From Candidatus Caldarchaeum sp. (GTDB taxonomy: Archaea; Thermoproteota; Nitrososphaeria_A; Caldarchaeales; Caldarchaeaceae), in the NCBI GenBank assembly GCA_038885755.1, contig JAVZZH010000004.1, forward strand, positions 68,430 to 132,429: a stretch of 64,000 bases of DNA. Reading direction: 5' to 3'. Both the position numbers and the translations under genes were made by a program. The notes below the pieces were generated by a model. That model made no database searches and was not told the DNA's origin. It was given only the letters and a program-made list of their open reading frames with translations. Every line of letters begins with the position of its first letter. Within the stretch, counting starts at the first letter, position 1. Positions 45,871 through 55,774 of the stretch are shown here, one piece after another.

Positions 45871-45902
45871 CAGCCATCCACTTAGGCCCGGCTCTAGAAA
45901 GC

Positions 45903-45978
45903 TGGGGCCGCCCGGATTTGAACCGGGGACCTCGCGGGCCCAAGCCGCGCATCTTAGACCAAGCTGGACCACGGCCCC
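45903..45978 (-). tRNA. tRNA-Pro (anticodon UGG)
   Basis: Reverse complement folds as acceptor GGGGCCG/CGGCCCC, anticodon arm CGCGG-CTTGGGC-CCGCG, T arm CCCGG-TTCAAAT-CCGGG, discriminator A. No CCA is encoded. Confidence 0.9.
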
Positions 45979-46009
45979 TTGAATGTATTCATGTGTTCGC
46001 CTCTATATA

Positions 46010-46780
46010 TTATTCCATTCGGGGGGCTATCAGGAACTCTATTTTTCCAGCTGTTATGGGGAAGGCTAGCTTGATGGGCTTGTTCGTTGACAGCTCTATT
46101 CCAGTCTCGGCTGACAGCTGCCTGCTGGCAGACATGATTTTCTCGAGGTAGGTCAGGCTGAAGCTTGCTGAGACTTCTTTGTCGGTTGATATTTCGTGGA
46201 CCAGGCTGCCGTCCTTCTCCAGCTTGGTTTGGTTGAGGCCCAAGTCGCTCTTGCTGCTGAGCAGCAGATAGTTAGGGGTTATGGTTATCCGCGTGTAGTC
46301 GCTGACCAAGGCGGCGTCGTTTACCGCTTCGTAGAAAGCCGACGTATCCACCCTGCATCTCGCTTCGAAAGAGAGTTTCGGGACGGGTGTCTGGCTGAAG
46401 GCCGACTCCAAAGTGTTCAGGACGAACGTCCTCTCCTTCCGCGCCGCAGCGTTAGAAAGGACTAGCCTAAGCTTGCGGGCGGATTCGTCGTACTCGAGTG
46501 CCAGCGACTCGTTTCCAGCTCTTTTTAGGAACTTGAGCAGCTCCGGAATGTTCAGCCTTATCTCTGTCGGATGCTCGCATGCGTATTCTTCAGCGGCCTC
46601 CCTGCCGAGGACGAAGGTGACCATGCTGACGTGAGCAGGGTCCATGCCCACCAGCTTCAGAGAATCTTTGTCAGCCGTGAAAGAACCCTCGTCCACAACG
46701 GCTGAAATGGCTTTGACAAGGCCTGCGAAATAATCGGCCGACGGAAGCCTCATGCGGAAAGGGATCGATGACTCGGTCAT
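46010..46780 (-). CDS. pcn: DNA polymerase sliding clamp (PCNA)
   Basis: 256 aa. The N-terminus FRMRLPSADYFAGLVKAISAVVDEGSF and the two-domain repeat organisation are typical of archaeal PCNA. Confidence 0.85.
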   Translation of the reverse strand: MTESSIPFRMRLPSADYFAGLVKAISAVVDEGSFTADKDSLKLVGMDPAHVSMVTFVLGREAAEEYACEHPTEIRLNIPELLKFLKRAGNESLALEYDESARKLRLVLSNAAARKERTFVLNTLESAFSQTPVPKLSFEARCRVDTSAFYEAVNDAALVSDYTRITITPNYLLLSSKSDLGLNQTKLEKDGSLVHEISTDKEVSASFSLTYLEKIMSASRQLSAETGIELSTNKPIKLAFPITAGKIEFLIAPRME

Positions 46781-46919
46781 GCTGAAGCAATAGGTTTAAG
46801 CGGTAATTTAATGTTTGGAGGCGTTCTACAGGTATTATCTGGAGGTTTTCTCGATATTACTCGGGCGGTGTTTGGCCCTCTCAAGGATATATGGGAGTTG
46901 TTGGTAGCTGGTTGAAGGC

Positions 46920-47330
46920 TTGAGCCGAGGCAGGAAGAGGATTAAGCTGGAGATGGAGACGTCGGAGGGCGACAAGATCTCCATCGTGTTTGAAGGCTCG
47001 CTGAACAGGGACAAGCTGTTCCAGTTAGCTGACTTCCTCGAGCTCGTCGAAGGGCCGTCTGAGAGCCAGGCTGACGTTAGGGTGAACAAGCTGACGAGGG
47101 TGATGGAGTTGATTGAGAAACGCTTTCCGTTCTCCTCGTTCACGTCGAGGGAGGTCGCCGATGTTTATCAGCACGAATACCGGGAGCCTATTTCCATGAG
47201 CACGGTCTCCACCTACTTGGCTAGGCTTGCTGAGAGGGGGTACTTGGAGAGGTTTGGGGCTGGAAACATGGCGAGGTACAGGATGATGCATGAGGCTGCT
47301 AGGCAGGAGAACAGGCTGATGGAAGGCTAG
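46920..47330 (+). CDS. winged-helix DNA-binding protein (putative transcriptional regulator)
   Basis: The C-terminal FTSREVADVY....MSTVSTYLARLAERGYLERF segment is wHTH-like. TTG start at 46920, with an alternative ATG at 46953. Confidence 0.45.
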   Translation: MSRGRKRIKLEMETSEGDKISIVFEGSLNRDKLFQLADFLELVEGPSESQADVRVNKLTRVMELIEKRFPFSSFTSREVADVYQHEYREPISMSTVSTYLARLAERGYLERFGAGNMARYRMMHEAARQENRLMEG

Positions 47331-49981
47331 ATGGTTATCGGTATCTTTTCACGAATCTGCAGCGATGCCTGAGCCGCAGCCAATCGTGCTATGGGTACTC
47401 TGTAGGGTGAGGCGCTGACGTAGTCCAGTCCTGCTTCGTTGAAGAACTTTATGCTGGCAGGGTCTCCGCCGTGCTCTCCGCATATTCCAACCTCCAGCCT
47501 TGGGTTTGCTTTCTTCCCCTCGGCGGTTGCGTGCTTCACCAAGAAGCCGACGCCGGAGACGTCAAGAGTCTCGAATGGGTTTGCTGGAAGTATTTTCTTC
47601 ATCAAGTAGCTTGCCATGAACTTTGCCTCGACATCGTCCCTGCTGAACCCGAAAGTTGTCTGGGTTAGGTCGTTTGTTCCAAACGAGAAGAAGTCAGCGA
47701 CCTTCGCTATCTCGGAAGCCGTGATGGCGGCTCTGGGAGTCTCGATCATGGTACCGACCTTGTATTCTATCTCCTCCCCCATCTCCTCGAAAACTTTGTT
47801 GGCTGTCCTTTCGACGACCTCCCTGAGGTAAGCCATCTCGTTCCGCTCCCCGACCAGAGGAAGCATTATCTGGATCTTCGCCGTGCTGCCTATCTTTCTC
47901 CTCACCTGTATGGCTGCCGTCAGTATAGCCCTAACCTGCATCTCATAAATCTCTGGATGAGTTATGCCGAGCCTGCATCCCCTGTGTCCAAGCATCGGGT
48001 TGTGCTCGTGCAGGGTCTGAACCTTCCTCAGCAACGACTGTTTTTCAGCCAGCTCGTTTTCCTTTCCAGGCTTGTTAACCAGCTCCAGCATCTCCTTCAA
48101 GACCTGGTCTGGCGGTGGGAGGAATTCGTGGAGTGGGAGGTCGAGCAGACGAACCGTTACTGGCAGGTCTCTCATTACTGTGAATATTTCTACGAAGTCG
48201 TTTACTTGGAATGGTAGAAGCTTTTGGAGAGCTTTACGCCGGCCTTCGTCGTCGTCGGCCATTATCATCTCACGGACTATGGGCAGCCTGTCCGGCGCGT
48301 TGAACATCCTCTCGGTCCTGCACAGCCCAATGCCCTCCGCTCCAAAAGCCCTTGCCTTCGCAGCCGCCTGTGGCGTGTCGGCGTTAGCTCTCACGCCAAG
48401 CCTTCTATACCTGTCGGCTATCGCGAGCAAGTCGTTAAGCTCGCCCGTCAGCTCCGGCTCGACGGTTGGAACCTCTCCCAGGAATACCTGACCCGAGCCT
48501 CCGTCGATGGTTATGATGTCTCCGTGCTTAACGATTAAACCTTCCGAGGTTTTGAAGTATCTTTCATCCATGTTTATTGAGATGCTCTCGCAACCTACGA
48601 CGGCTGGTTTCCCCATCCCACGCGCCACTACAGCGGCGTGCGAAGTCATGCCACCCCTAGAGGTCAGCACTCCCTGCGCGGCTATGATCCCTTTAATGTC
48701 CTCGGGCGTCGTCTCAGGCCTCACCAGTATTATCTTCTCACCTTTAGACCCTCGCTCGGCTGCTTCATCCGTGTCGAAGACAACGATTCCCGTCGCTGCT
48801 CCGGGAGATGCGTTGAGCCCTCTGGCGATGGGTTTGGCTTTAACATCTGGATGAAGCCTTCTGTGGAGAAGCTGGTTCAGCTCATGCGGGTCTATGCGGA
48901 GCAAGGCCTCCTCAGGGGTTATGAGGCCTTCGCGAACCATGTCAACCGCTATCTTGACAGCGGCCTGCGCCGTCCGCTTCCCGTTCCTTGTCTGAAGAAG
49001 GTAGAGCTTCCCGTTCTCCACAGTGAACTCAAAGTCCTGCATGTCCTTGAAGTGTTTCTCAAGCCTTTCAGCAACTTCCTCAAGCTGCTTCCTCAACTCT
49101 GGAGGAAGTCTATCTATCGGGAGCGGAGTTCTTATGCCCGCGACAACGTCCTCCCCCTGAGACTTAGGCAGATACTCGCCGTACAGCTTCTTCTCACCGG
49201 TCGAGGGGTTTCGTGTGAAGCCGACACCCGACCCTGAATTTTCGCCTAGGTTGCCGAAGACCATTACCTGAATGTTGACAGCCGTACCCAGCTCGTCGGA
49301 TATTTTGTAGTACCTCCTGTACTCAACGGCGCGGGGGTTGTTCCACGACTTGAAGACAGCCTCCACCGCTATCCTAAGCTGCTCCCAAGGGTCTTGCGGA
49401 AAATCGCGCCCCGTCTCTTCCTTCACAATACGCTTGAACTCTTCGACAACCTTCTTCATCTCCGAAGCCGGGATCTCGACGTCAGACTTGACGCCAAGCC
49501 TGTGCCTGACGTTTTCCAAAAGCTTCTCAAACTTCTCACCCTTGACACCCATCGCTATCCTGCCGAACATCTGAATAAGTCGGCGGTATGCGTCGTAGAC
49601 GAACCGCTCGTCTCCCGTTAGCTTGATGAGGCCCTCAGCGACACGGTCGTTCATGCCTAGGTTGAGAATAGTGTCCATCATGCCCGGCATCGAGTAGGGC
49701 CCGCCCGACCTCACCGACAGTAGAAGAGGGTTCGACGGGCTGCCAAGCTTCTTGTTGAGCCTAGACTCGAGCAGGGCAAGCTTCTGCCTCACCTCATCAA
49801 GGAGGCTCTCAGGCATCCTCCCACCCAGCCGGTAGTACTGCTTGCAGGCCTCTGTCAATATTATCAGGCCGGGTGGGACGGGCAAGCCCATGCTCGTCAT
49901 CTGGACCAGGCCGAAGCCTTTTCCACCAAGTTCGAACCTGCTCAGATTCGTAAGCTCTTCAAACAGACCGACTAAACTCAT
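47327..49981 (-). CDS. ppdK: pyruvate, phosphate dikinase
   Basis: 884 aa. LGGKGFGL ATP-grasp N-terminus, phospho-His region GGMTSHAAVVARGMGKPAV, and a C-terminal PEP-utilising TIM barrel. TTG start. Confidence 0.9.
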   Translation of the reverse strand: MSLVGLFEELTNLSRFELGGKGFGLVQMTSMGLPVPPGLIILTEACKQYYRLGGRMPESLLDEVRQKLALLESRLNKKLGSPSNPLLLSVRSGGPYSMPGMMDTILNLGMNDRVAEGLIKLTGDERFVYDAYRRLIQMFGRIAMGVKGEKFEKLLENVRHRLGVKSDVEIPASEMKKVVEEFKRIVKEETGRDFPQDPWEQLRIAVEAVFKSWNNPRAVEYRRYYKISDELGTAVNIQVMVFGNLGENSGSGVGFTRNPSTGEKKLYGEYLPKSQGEDVVAGIRTPLPIDRLPPELRKQLEEVAERLEKHFKDMQDFEFTVENGKLYLLQTRNGKRTAQAAVKIAVDMVREGLITPEEALLRIDPHELNQLLHRRLHPDVKAKPIARGLNASPGAATGIVVFDTDEAAERGSKGEKIILVRPETTPEDIKGIIAAQGVLTSRGGMTSHAAVVARGMGKPAVVGCESISINMDERYFKTSEGLIVKHGDIITIDGGSGQVFLGEVPTVEPELTGELNDLLAIADRYRRLGVRANADTPQAAAKARAFGAEGIGLCRTERMFNAPDRLPIVREMIMADDDEGRRKALQKLLPFQVNDFVEIFTVMRDLPVTVRLLDLPLHEFLPPPDQVLKEMLELVNKPGKENELAEKQSLLRKVQTLHEHNPMLGHRGCRLGITHPEIYEMQVRAILTAAIQVRRKIGSTAKIQIMLPLVGERNEMAYLREVVERTANKVFEEMGEEIEYKVGTMIETPRAAITASEIAKVADFFSFGTNDLTQTTFGFSRDDVEAKFMASYLMKKILPANPFETLDVSGVGFLVKHATAEGKKANPRLEVGICGEHGGDPASIKFFNEAGLDYVSASPYRVPIARLAAAQASLQIREKIPITI

Positions 49982-50006
49982 ATCCAGAAAATATTGTCTA
50001 GAATAC

Positions 50007-50016
50007 CATAATATAA
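50007..50016 (-). promoter_or_regulatory. TATA-like box for ppdK
   Basis: cttatattat on the minus strand, centred about 30 nt upstream of the ppdK start (49981). Confidence 0.35.
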
Positions 50017-50099
50017 GCTGCTCTTCATCTTCGCCGGCTTCATAGTGTATGGAACATCCATAGGATCCCTAAATTTTAGCTGCGTCAGGCTTATGCTGG

Positions 50100-50837
50100 A
50101 TGTCCTCAGAACCTCCACGGTTGAAACGGAGAGCTCTGCTCGCGTCGTCTGCTGCGGCTGCTGTATCTGCGGGAGTTGCTGTTTTCTCGTCAAACGATGT
50201 CGGCAGGTTGGAGACGAGCCTCGTCGACGCGGCGTTGGGATCCATCGTTGTTTTCCTGCCCGACCTTCATCTACACAGCATCGGAGCTTTCGAGGAAGGT
50301 TTAATCGATTCAGTCAACAGGCTTCAGCCAGACGTAGTTGTTTTAGGGGGCGACATGGTTGACGGGCTGACGGCTGATGCAGAGGTCCTTAGAATGTTCG
50401 TGTCGCAGGTGGATGCTCGTGAAAAGCTCTTCGTCTTGGGAAACCATGACTACTGGAGTGGACATTCAGAGTCTGTGGTTAGGATACTGAAGGAGGAGGG
50501 GTGGGTGGAGCTGTCCGGGCTTTACTCGAGCAGGTACATGGGTAGGGTCTACGGCTTGGACTGGGTGAACGATAGGAGGTATCCGAGGATAAGGGCTGAG
50601 GGTGTTGTGGTTGTTCACGACCCTAACGCAGCAGACTACGTTGAAGGCCCTTGCTACATATTCTCCGGACACACGCACGGCGGGCTGGTTTTAGGAGGGC
50701 ATGTCGTTTACAGCAACTCGAAATACGTAAGAGGTTTTTACAGCCTTGGTGATAAGAAGCTCTACGTGTCTAGGGGCCTAGGACAGATGATACCTTTAAG
50801 AATTTTCTCTCCGCCTGAACTGCTCGTGATTAGGTAA
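50100..50837 (+). CDS. exported metallophosphoesterase with twin-arginine-type signal
   Basis: N-terminus KRRALLASSAAAAVSAG. Motifs PDLHLH, GGDMVD, LGNHD and GHTHGG. Confidence 0.7.
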   Translation: MSSEPPRLKRRALLASSAAAAVSAGVAVFSSNDVGRLETSLVDAALGSIVVFLPDLHLHSIGAFEEGLIDSVNRLQPDVVVLGGDMVDGLTADAEVLRMFVSQVDAREKLFVLGNHDYWSGHSESVVRILKEEGWVELSGLYSSRYMGRVYGLDWVNDRRYPRIRAEGVVVVHDPNAADYVEGPCYIFSGHTHGGLVLGGHVVYSNSKYVRGFYSLGDKKLYVSRGLGQMIPLRIFSPPELLVIR

Positions 50838-50870
50838 AACTCTTATTAACTGGACGGACTGTTTAGAGCC

Positions 50871-51383
50871 ATGCAGGAGGCTGAGAAGGCCGGCCGGCCG
50901 AAGGCTTTCTTCCGCACAGTCATGATGGAGGACCTGATTCAAGTCATGAACATCAACAGGGTCTGCCTTCCTGAAAACTATACCTACAGCTTCTTCGAAG
51001 ACCTTGCCAAGGAGTATCCCAAGGCCTTCTGGGTTGCTGAGGTGGACGGTAGAATCGTCGGCTACGTGATGTGCAGGGTTGAGAGAATATTCTCTAAGAT
51101 CGACTTCCTCAAGATTAAAAAAGCCGGACACATCGTATCTGTTGCAGTCCTTCCCGAGCACAGGAAGAGAGGAATTGCGACGGAGCTGATACGTCAAGCG
51201 CTCAAGTCGCTGGCTGAACACTATGGATGCGAGGAGGCTTATCTAGAGGTCAGAGTCTCCAACGACGTTGCGATATCACTCTACCACAAGCTTGGGTTTG
51301 TCTCTCGCGAGGTTCAGAAAAGATACTACGCCGACGGAGAGGACGCCCTCCTGATGGCGGTCAAGCTTCCGCAAAACGCCTGA
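50871..51383 (+). CDS. N-terminal acetyltransferase (Ard1/RimI-type GNAT)
   Basis: LPENYTYSFF and the acetyl-CoA motif HRKRGIATELI. 170 aa. Confidence 0.75.
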   Translation: MQEAEKAGRPKAFFRTVMMEDLIQVMNINRVCLPENYTYSFFEDLAKEYPKAFWVAEVDGRIVGYVMCRVERIFSKIDFLKIKKAGHIVSVAVLPEHRKRGIATELIRQALKSLAEHYGCEEAYLEVRVSNDVAISLYHKLGFVSREVQKRYYADGEDALLMAVKLPQNA

Positions 51384-52053
51384 CCACTCGCATAGCCTCC
51401 TCAAGGTCTTTATGGCTGTCGATGCTTATCCATTCAGCGTCTTCGTAAGGGAAAGCCTTGATGGCGTTTTTATCAACCAGAAGAGGGAAGGTATGTTTCT
51501 CCAAGTCTCCCCTGTCTGGAAGATATTCGAAGACGCCTGATGCAAAAAGATAGACGCCTGCGTTTATGTAGTTTGAGAGCTGGGGCTTTTCTGCGAACCT
51601 CTTAACGTAGTGGCTTTTCTCATCGAACTCAACTATGCCGTAGGGTGAGGGTAGGCGGGTTAAAGCTATGCATGCGATACAATCGGTTAGGTGGTCCAGC
51701 ATCGTTAGAGGGTTGAGGGTGGTGAGGATGTCGCCGTTGACGACGATGAACTGGCTGTCGTGCTTAAGCAGATGCTCGGCGTTCTTGAGTGCTCCTCCGG
51801 TTCCCAGAGGTTCGTCCTCGACCGAGTATCCTATCTTGACGCCTAGCCTTCCGCCGCTCCCCAGAGCCTCGATGATCTTCTCCCTTAAGTAGCCTGCGCA
51901 TACGATGAACTCCCTCACGCCTAATTTCTTGAGCCATTCAATCTGCCACACGAGTATTGGCTTGCCCGAAACCTCTAGGAGTGGTTTGGGAGTGGTCTCG
52001 GTCAGAGGCTTGAGACGTTTCCCGTAGCCTCCAGCAAGCAAGACAGCTTTCAC
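51361..52053 (-). CDS. sugar-phosphate nucleotidyltransferase
   Basis: N-terminal KAVLLAGGYGKRLKPLTETTPKPLL signature. 230 aa. Confidence 0.8.
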   Translation of the reverse strand: MKAVLLAGGYGKRLKPLTETTPKPLLEVSGKPILVWQIEWLKKLGVREFIVCAGYLREKIIEALGSGGRLGVKIGYSVEDEPLGTGGALKNAEHLLKHDSQFIVVNGDILTTLNPLTMLDHLTDCIACIALTRLPSPYGIVEFDEKSHYVKRFAEKPQLSNYINAGVYLFASGVFEYLPDRGDLEKHTFPLLVDKNAIKAFPYEDAEWISIDSHKDLEEAMRVVRRFAEA

Positions 52054-52059
52054 GCCTTC

Positions 52060-53496
52060 TCACCTAACTATCCTCACCCTTTCACGGTCCTTCAGATCCT
52101 CTACCACGACGCCGAGCTCGAGCAGCTCCCTTCTAATCCGGTCGCCCAAGTCATACATCCCACGCCTCCTCAACTCCCTCCTCACATCCAGCAAGATCCT
52201 CAACAGGTCCCGGGCCCTAGCCGTGTGTTTGTCTTCATCCTCCTCGAGAAGGCCCAGAACGCTGCACATTTTCCTCAGAGAATCCATGGCGTGCATCAGG
52301 TCTTCCTTGCCGACGTCGTGCCGGCTTAGATGCTGGTTTGCTTGCCTGACCAGCTCGTAGAGGGAGGCGAGGGCGTTCGAGCTGTTGAAATCCATGGCCA
52401 TGGAGCTGATGAACTCCGTTGTCAACCGGTCGACCACTGCCCTGAACTCGGGGTTTTCGCTTCCCTGTTCAGCTGTTTCGACAGAGAGGTTCAAGTCCTC
52501 CAAAAGGTTTCTTATTTTAGAGACGTTCTCCTCAGCCTGCTGCAGAGCCGTCTCGCTGTAGTCGAGCGGCGTCCGGTAGTGAGCGGAGAGTATAAACAGC
52601 CTGATTACAGAGGGCGAGTATTTCTTCAGCACGTCTCTTATCGTCAGGAAGTTTCCGTAAGATTTGTGCATTCCTCTCCCGCCCACGGTGAGCTCCCCCG
52701 TGTGCAGCCAGTATTTTACGAAAGGCTTTAGGCCTGTCAGCGCCTCCGACTGGGCGATCTCGTTTTCGTGATGCGGGAAGATGAGGTCTTGGCCGCCGCC
52801 GTGGATGTCTATCCGCTCACCCAGGTACTTCATGCTCATCACGGAACATTCGATATGCCATCCGGGGAAGCCGTAGCCCCACGACGTCCTCCACGAAAGA
52901 GGATAGTCTGGCGCTGCCTCTTTCCACAGCGCGAAGTCGGCCGGGTTTCTTTTCCTAGGGTCCGGCTCGACACGATGGACATCCATTTCTTCAGGCTTGA
53001 CTCTCGAGAGCTTGCCGTAGTCCGGGACTTTGGAGACGTCGAAGTAGACGCTGCCGTCAACCCTGTAGGCGTAGCCTTTGTCGAGGAGTTTCTCCACGGC
53101 TTGGATTATGTCGGGTATGTGCATGCTAGCCCGAGGCTGTATGTCGGGTCTCCTGACGCCCAAAGCCTTCATGTCGCTGAAAAACTCCATCATGTACTTG
53201 TCAGCCACCTCCATCGGGTGTTTCTTCAGCCTCGCCGCCCCCTGAATCATCTTGTCCTCCCCAGTGTCCCTCAAATGACCGACGTCCGTGATGTTTCTGG
53301 CGTACCTCACCTCGTACCCCATGAATTCTAAGAACCTGATTATCGCGTCGAAAGCTACGTAGGTTCGGGCGTGGCCTAGATGGGCCACGTCGTAGACGGT
53401 CGGGCCGCATACGTAGATTGTTGCTACGCCGGGAGTCCATGTCTCAAAAGGTTCGAGGGAGCGGGATAGGGTGTTGAACAGCTTTATTTGAGTCAA
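52060..53496 (-). CDS. cysS: cysteinyl-tRNA synthetase
   Basis: [17 protein letters not shown] (HIGH), the WHIEC zinc site and the KMSKS-variant GMHKSYGN. 478 aa. Confidence 0.9.
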   Translation of the reverse strand: MTQIKLFNTLSRSLEPFETWTPGVATIYVCGPTVYDVAHLGHARTYVAFDAIIRFLEFMGYEVRYARNITDVGHLRDTGEDKMIQGAARLKKHPMEVADKYMMEFFSDMKALGVRRPDIQPRASMHIPDIIQAVEKLLDKGYAYRVDGSVYFDVSKVPDYGKLSRVKPEEMDVHRVEPDPRKRNPADFALWKEAAPDYPLSWRTSWGYGFPGWHIECSVMSMKYLGERIDIHGGGQDLIFPHHENEIAQSEALTGLKPFVKYWLHTGELTVGGRGMHKSYGNFLTIRDVLKKYSPSVIRLFILSAHYRTPLDYSETALQQAEENVSKIRNLLEDLNLSVETAEQGSENPEFRAVVDRLTTEFISSMAMDFNSSNALASLYELVRQANQHLSRHDVGKEDLMHAMDSLRKMCSVLGLLEEDEDKHTARARDLLRILLDVRRELRRRGMYDLGDRIRRELLELGVVVEDLKDRERVRIVR

Positions 53497-53644
53497 GCCG
53501 GTTATGTTTTTCCTGCGTTGGATTTATTTTTTGTAAGAAGAACCCGTGGAAAAGTTTATATATCTGTCCATCTATCATACATAGGAAAGACTTATAGGCG
53601 AATAAGTAAACAACCAGCCTATATGTCTTTCTGGGGGAGATGGA

Positions 53645-54568
53645 ATGGTTAGAAGAAACTGGAGGGGGCAAGAGCTTTGCCCGGAATGTGGAAACGAGAT
53701 GCTAGTAACGGACCAGAGGACCGGTGAGGTTACCTGCTCGGTCTGCGGGTTTGTGATACAGGAGAAGGACGTCGACATGGGGCCTGAGTGGAGGAACCTC
53801 GACGAGGAGGAGGGGAGCAGGAGCAGGGTCGGCGCACCGTTATCACCAATGTACAGAGACCACGGTCTCTCAACAGTGATCGAGAGGGTTGACGAGGACG
53901 CGGCTGGCCGAAAACTATCTAAGGAGACGAGGGAGAAGATGCTCAGGCTCAAGAAGCTCGACGCAACATCCCAGATCAACTCAAGCGAAACCCGGAACAT
54001 GCAGCAGGCCGTCAACATACTCCAGATTTACTACGACAAACTCCGTCTTTCGCAGACAGTTGCGGAGAGAGCCATGCTCATCTACAGGAGAGCGCTCAAG
54101 GCGGGTCTGGTGAGGGGCCGGTCGATCAAGTCGATCATGGCCGCGGCCACGTATGCCGCGTGCAGGATGCTGGGCACGCCAAGGGACTTGAGAGAGTTTG
54201 AACGCTCCTACCCAGCTGTTAAAAGGAAGACCATCGCACAGGGATACAGGCTTCTGCTCAAACACCTAGGGCTGAAGGTGCCTGTCGCAGACCCATCGAT
54301 CTACGTCAACAAAATAGCGTCCAAGGTCGGGCTCGACCAGAAAACAATTCAAGAGGCTTTGAGGCTTCTCAGAGAAGCGGTTCAGAAGAAGGCTACAGTA
54401 GGCAAGGACCCGGTCGGCATAGCGGCTGCAGCTCTTTACATGGCCTGCCAGGAGACGACTCAGAACTTGACGCAGAAAGACATCGCGAAGGCAGCTGGAG
54501 TGACGGAGGTAACGGTCAGGAACCGGTTCAAAGGCCTGAAGGACATACTCGAAAGCCTACCCGCCTAA
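53645..54568 (+). CDS. tfb: transcription initiation factor IIB (TFB)
   Basis: N-terminal zinc ribbon CPECG...CSVCG, followed by two cyclin-fold repeats. GGAG-like SD 8 nt upstream of the ATG. Confidence 0.9.
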   Translation: MVRRNWRGQELCPECGNEMLVTDQRTGEVTCSVCGFVIQEKDVDMGPEWRNLDEEEGSRSRVGAPLSPMYRDHGLSTVIERVDEDAAGRKLSKETREKMLRLKKLDATSQINSSETRNMQQAVNILQIYYDKLRLSQTVAERAMLIYRRALKAGLVRGRSIKSIMAAATYAACRMLGTPRDLREFERSYPAVKRKTIAQGYRLLLKHLGLKVPVADPSIYVNKIASKVGLDQKTIQEALRLLREAVQKKATVGKDPVGIAAAALYMACQETTQNLTQKDIAKAAGVTEVTVRNRFKGLKDILESLPA

Positions 54569-54906
54569 ATCACCTCTATATTTTCTTCGGAGAGCCCGAG
54601 CTCGAGCAGAGTTTCCCGAGCCTTATCACGATGGTCTCCCTGAAGAAGTATCAGACCGTCCTTCACGACGCCTCCGCAGGCTAGCGCTGCTTTAAGCTTG
54701 GAGGCTATCTCCTGAAGGTCTTTCTTGGTTCCGTTCAACCCCTCTATGACTGTGGTGGGCTTGTTCCACTTACGGCGCTCCAGCTTTATCTTAACCCTCT
54801 GCTGTTCACGGCTTATCGTTCCGCAAACGCATATGGATTGTGGCAGACCGCAGGTCGGGCATATCTCGGCCATTACTTCTTCCTCTTCCTCACCTAGCAT
54901 ATTCAA
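54565..54906 (-). CDS. translation initiation factor aSUI1 (eIF1 homologue)
   Basis: N-terminal CPTCG..CVC knuckle and a SUI1 domain (TTVIEGL...LKAALACGG). 113 aa. Confidence 0.85.
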   Translation of the reverse strand: MNMLGEEEEEVMAEICPTCGLPQSICVCGTISREQQRVKIKLERRKWNKPTTVIEGLNGTKKDLQEIASKLKAALACGGVVKDGLILLQGDHRDKARETLLELGLSEENIEVI

Positions 54907-54960
54907 TCAAAAGGTTGTTTTTAAACTCTCCGCATGGCTCGACGCTATTTGAAGAACGCG

Positions 54961-55668
54961 CTACTGCTTGAGATAACTCTGTTTCTTTCGCAGATACTCT
55001 TTAACGTCGTAGGCCACTCTGGCCGGTACGCCGTAGACGACGACGTTTGGCGGGACGTTTCTAGTGACTACGCTGCCGGCTCCCACGACAGACCCTTCTC
55101 CCACTTCGACGCCCGGCAGTATTACCGAGCCTGCTCCTATCACGGCGTTCATCCCTATCGTGGGGCCCTTGAGAGGCGACCCCACGGGGTAGGGGTCGTT
55201 TGTCATCACTACGTTGGGGCCTATGAAGGCGTTGTCCATCACCTTGGTGAGGTGCGGTATGTAAACGTTGGACTGTATGTTGACGTTCCTGCCGACTAGC
55301 ACAGCGCCGTCAAGAAGTGTCGAACTGCCCACCTTTGAGCCGCTGAGAATCATCGAGCCAGACCTAATCAAAACGTTGTGGCCCAGCTCGACGTCTCCCT
55401 CAACGATTACTTCGTCGTAGATTATGCAGCCTCTCCTGACTATGCATCGGGGCCCCACGAAACTACCCACGCTAGCCTCATCGACCAACAGCGAGTCCTC
55501 GACTGTCCTGCCCTCAATCGCCTTGAGCAGCCGCTGCCTCGACGGATACCCTATGGTCACGCATTCGTCGACGAAGCACCCCTCTCCAACCTCGGTGGCC
55601 CCATAAACATACACGTTATTGGATATGATTCCCTTGATCTTCGCACGGGGTGAAACATACCCCGACAT
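54961..55668 (-). CDS. left-handed beta-helix (hexapeptide-repeat) acyl/acetyltransferase
   Basis: There are many [LIV]-G-x-x-x-x hexapeptide repeats. The ATG at 55668 is preferred over the TTG at 55719, because a strong TATA lies about 27 nt upstream of 55668. Confidence 0.65.
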   Translation of the reverse strand: MSGYVSPRAKIKGIISNNVYVYGATEVGEGCFVDECVTIGYPSRQRLLKAIEGRTVEDSLLVDEASVGSFVGPRCIVRRGCIIYDEVIVEGDVELGHNVLIRSGSMILSGSKVGSSTLLDGAVLVGRNVNIQSNVYIPHLTKVMDNAFIGPNVVMTNDPYPVGSPLKGPTIGMNAVIGAGSVILPGVEVGEGSVVGAGSVVTRNVPPNVVVYGVPARVAYDVKEYLRKKQSYLKQ

Positions 55669-55690
55669 TATGCTTTCAGCGGCTGAAGGG

Positions 55691-55706
55691 TATATATATT
55701 TTTTCA
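55691..55706. promoter_or_regulatory. palindromic TATATATA box, probably bidirectional
   Basis: tatatatattttttca sits between the divergent hexapeptide transferase and alpha/beta hydrolase genes. It is about 27 nt from the minus-strand ATG at 55668. Confidence 0.45.
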
Positions 55707-55774
55707 CGGCGGCCGGCAATGCTTATGTTGACGAGATTCGTTGCTGGGCTGAGTTGAGCAGCTGGTCCGAGCAC

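Noticed and set aside
45581-45902. Calling this spacer SRP RNA or RNase P RNA.
   Set aside because: I could not find the conserved SRP helix-8 motif (CCGGAAGGGAGCAAC-like) or the RNase P CR-I/CR-V motifs (GAGGAAAGUCC, ACAGAA..GGCUUA) on either strand. It is kept only as an unexplained structured spacer.
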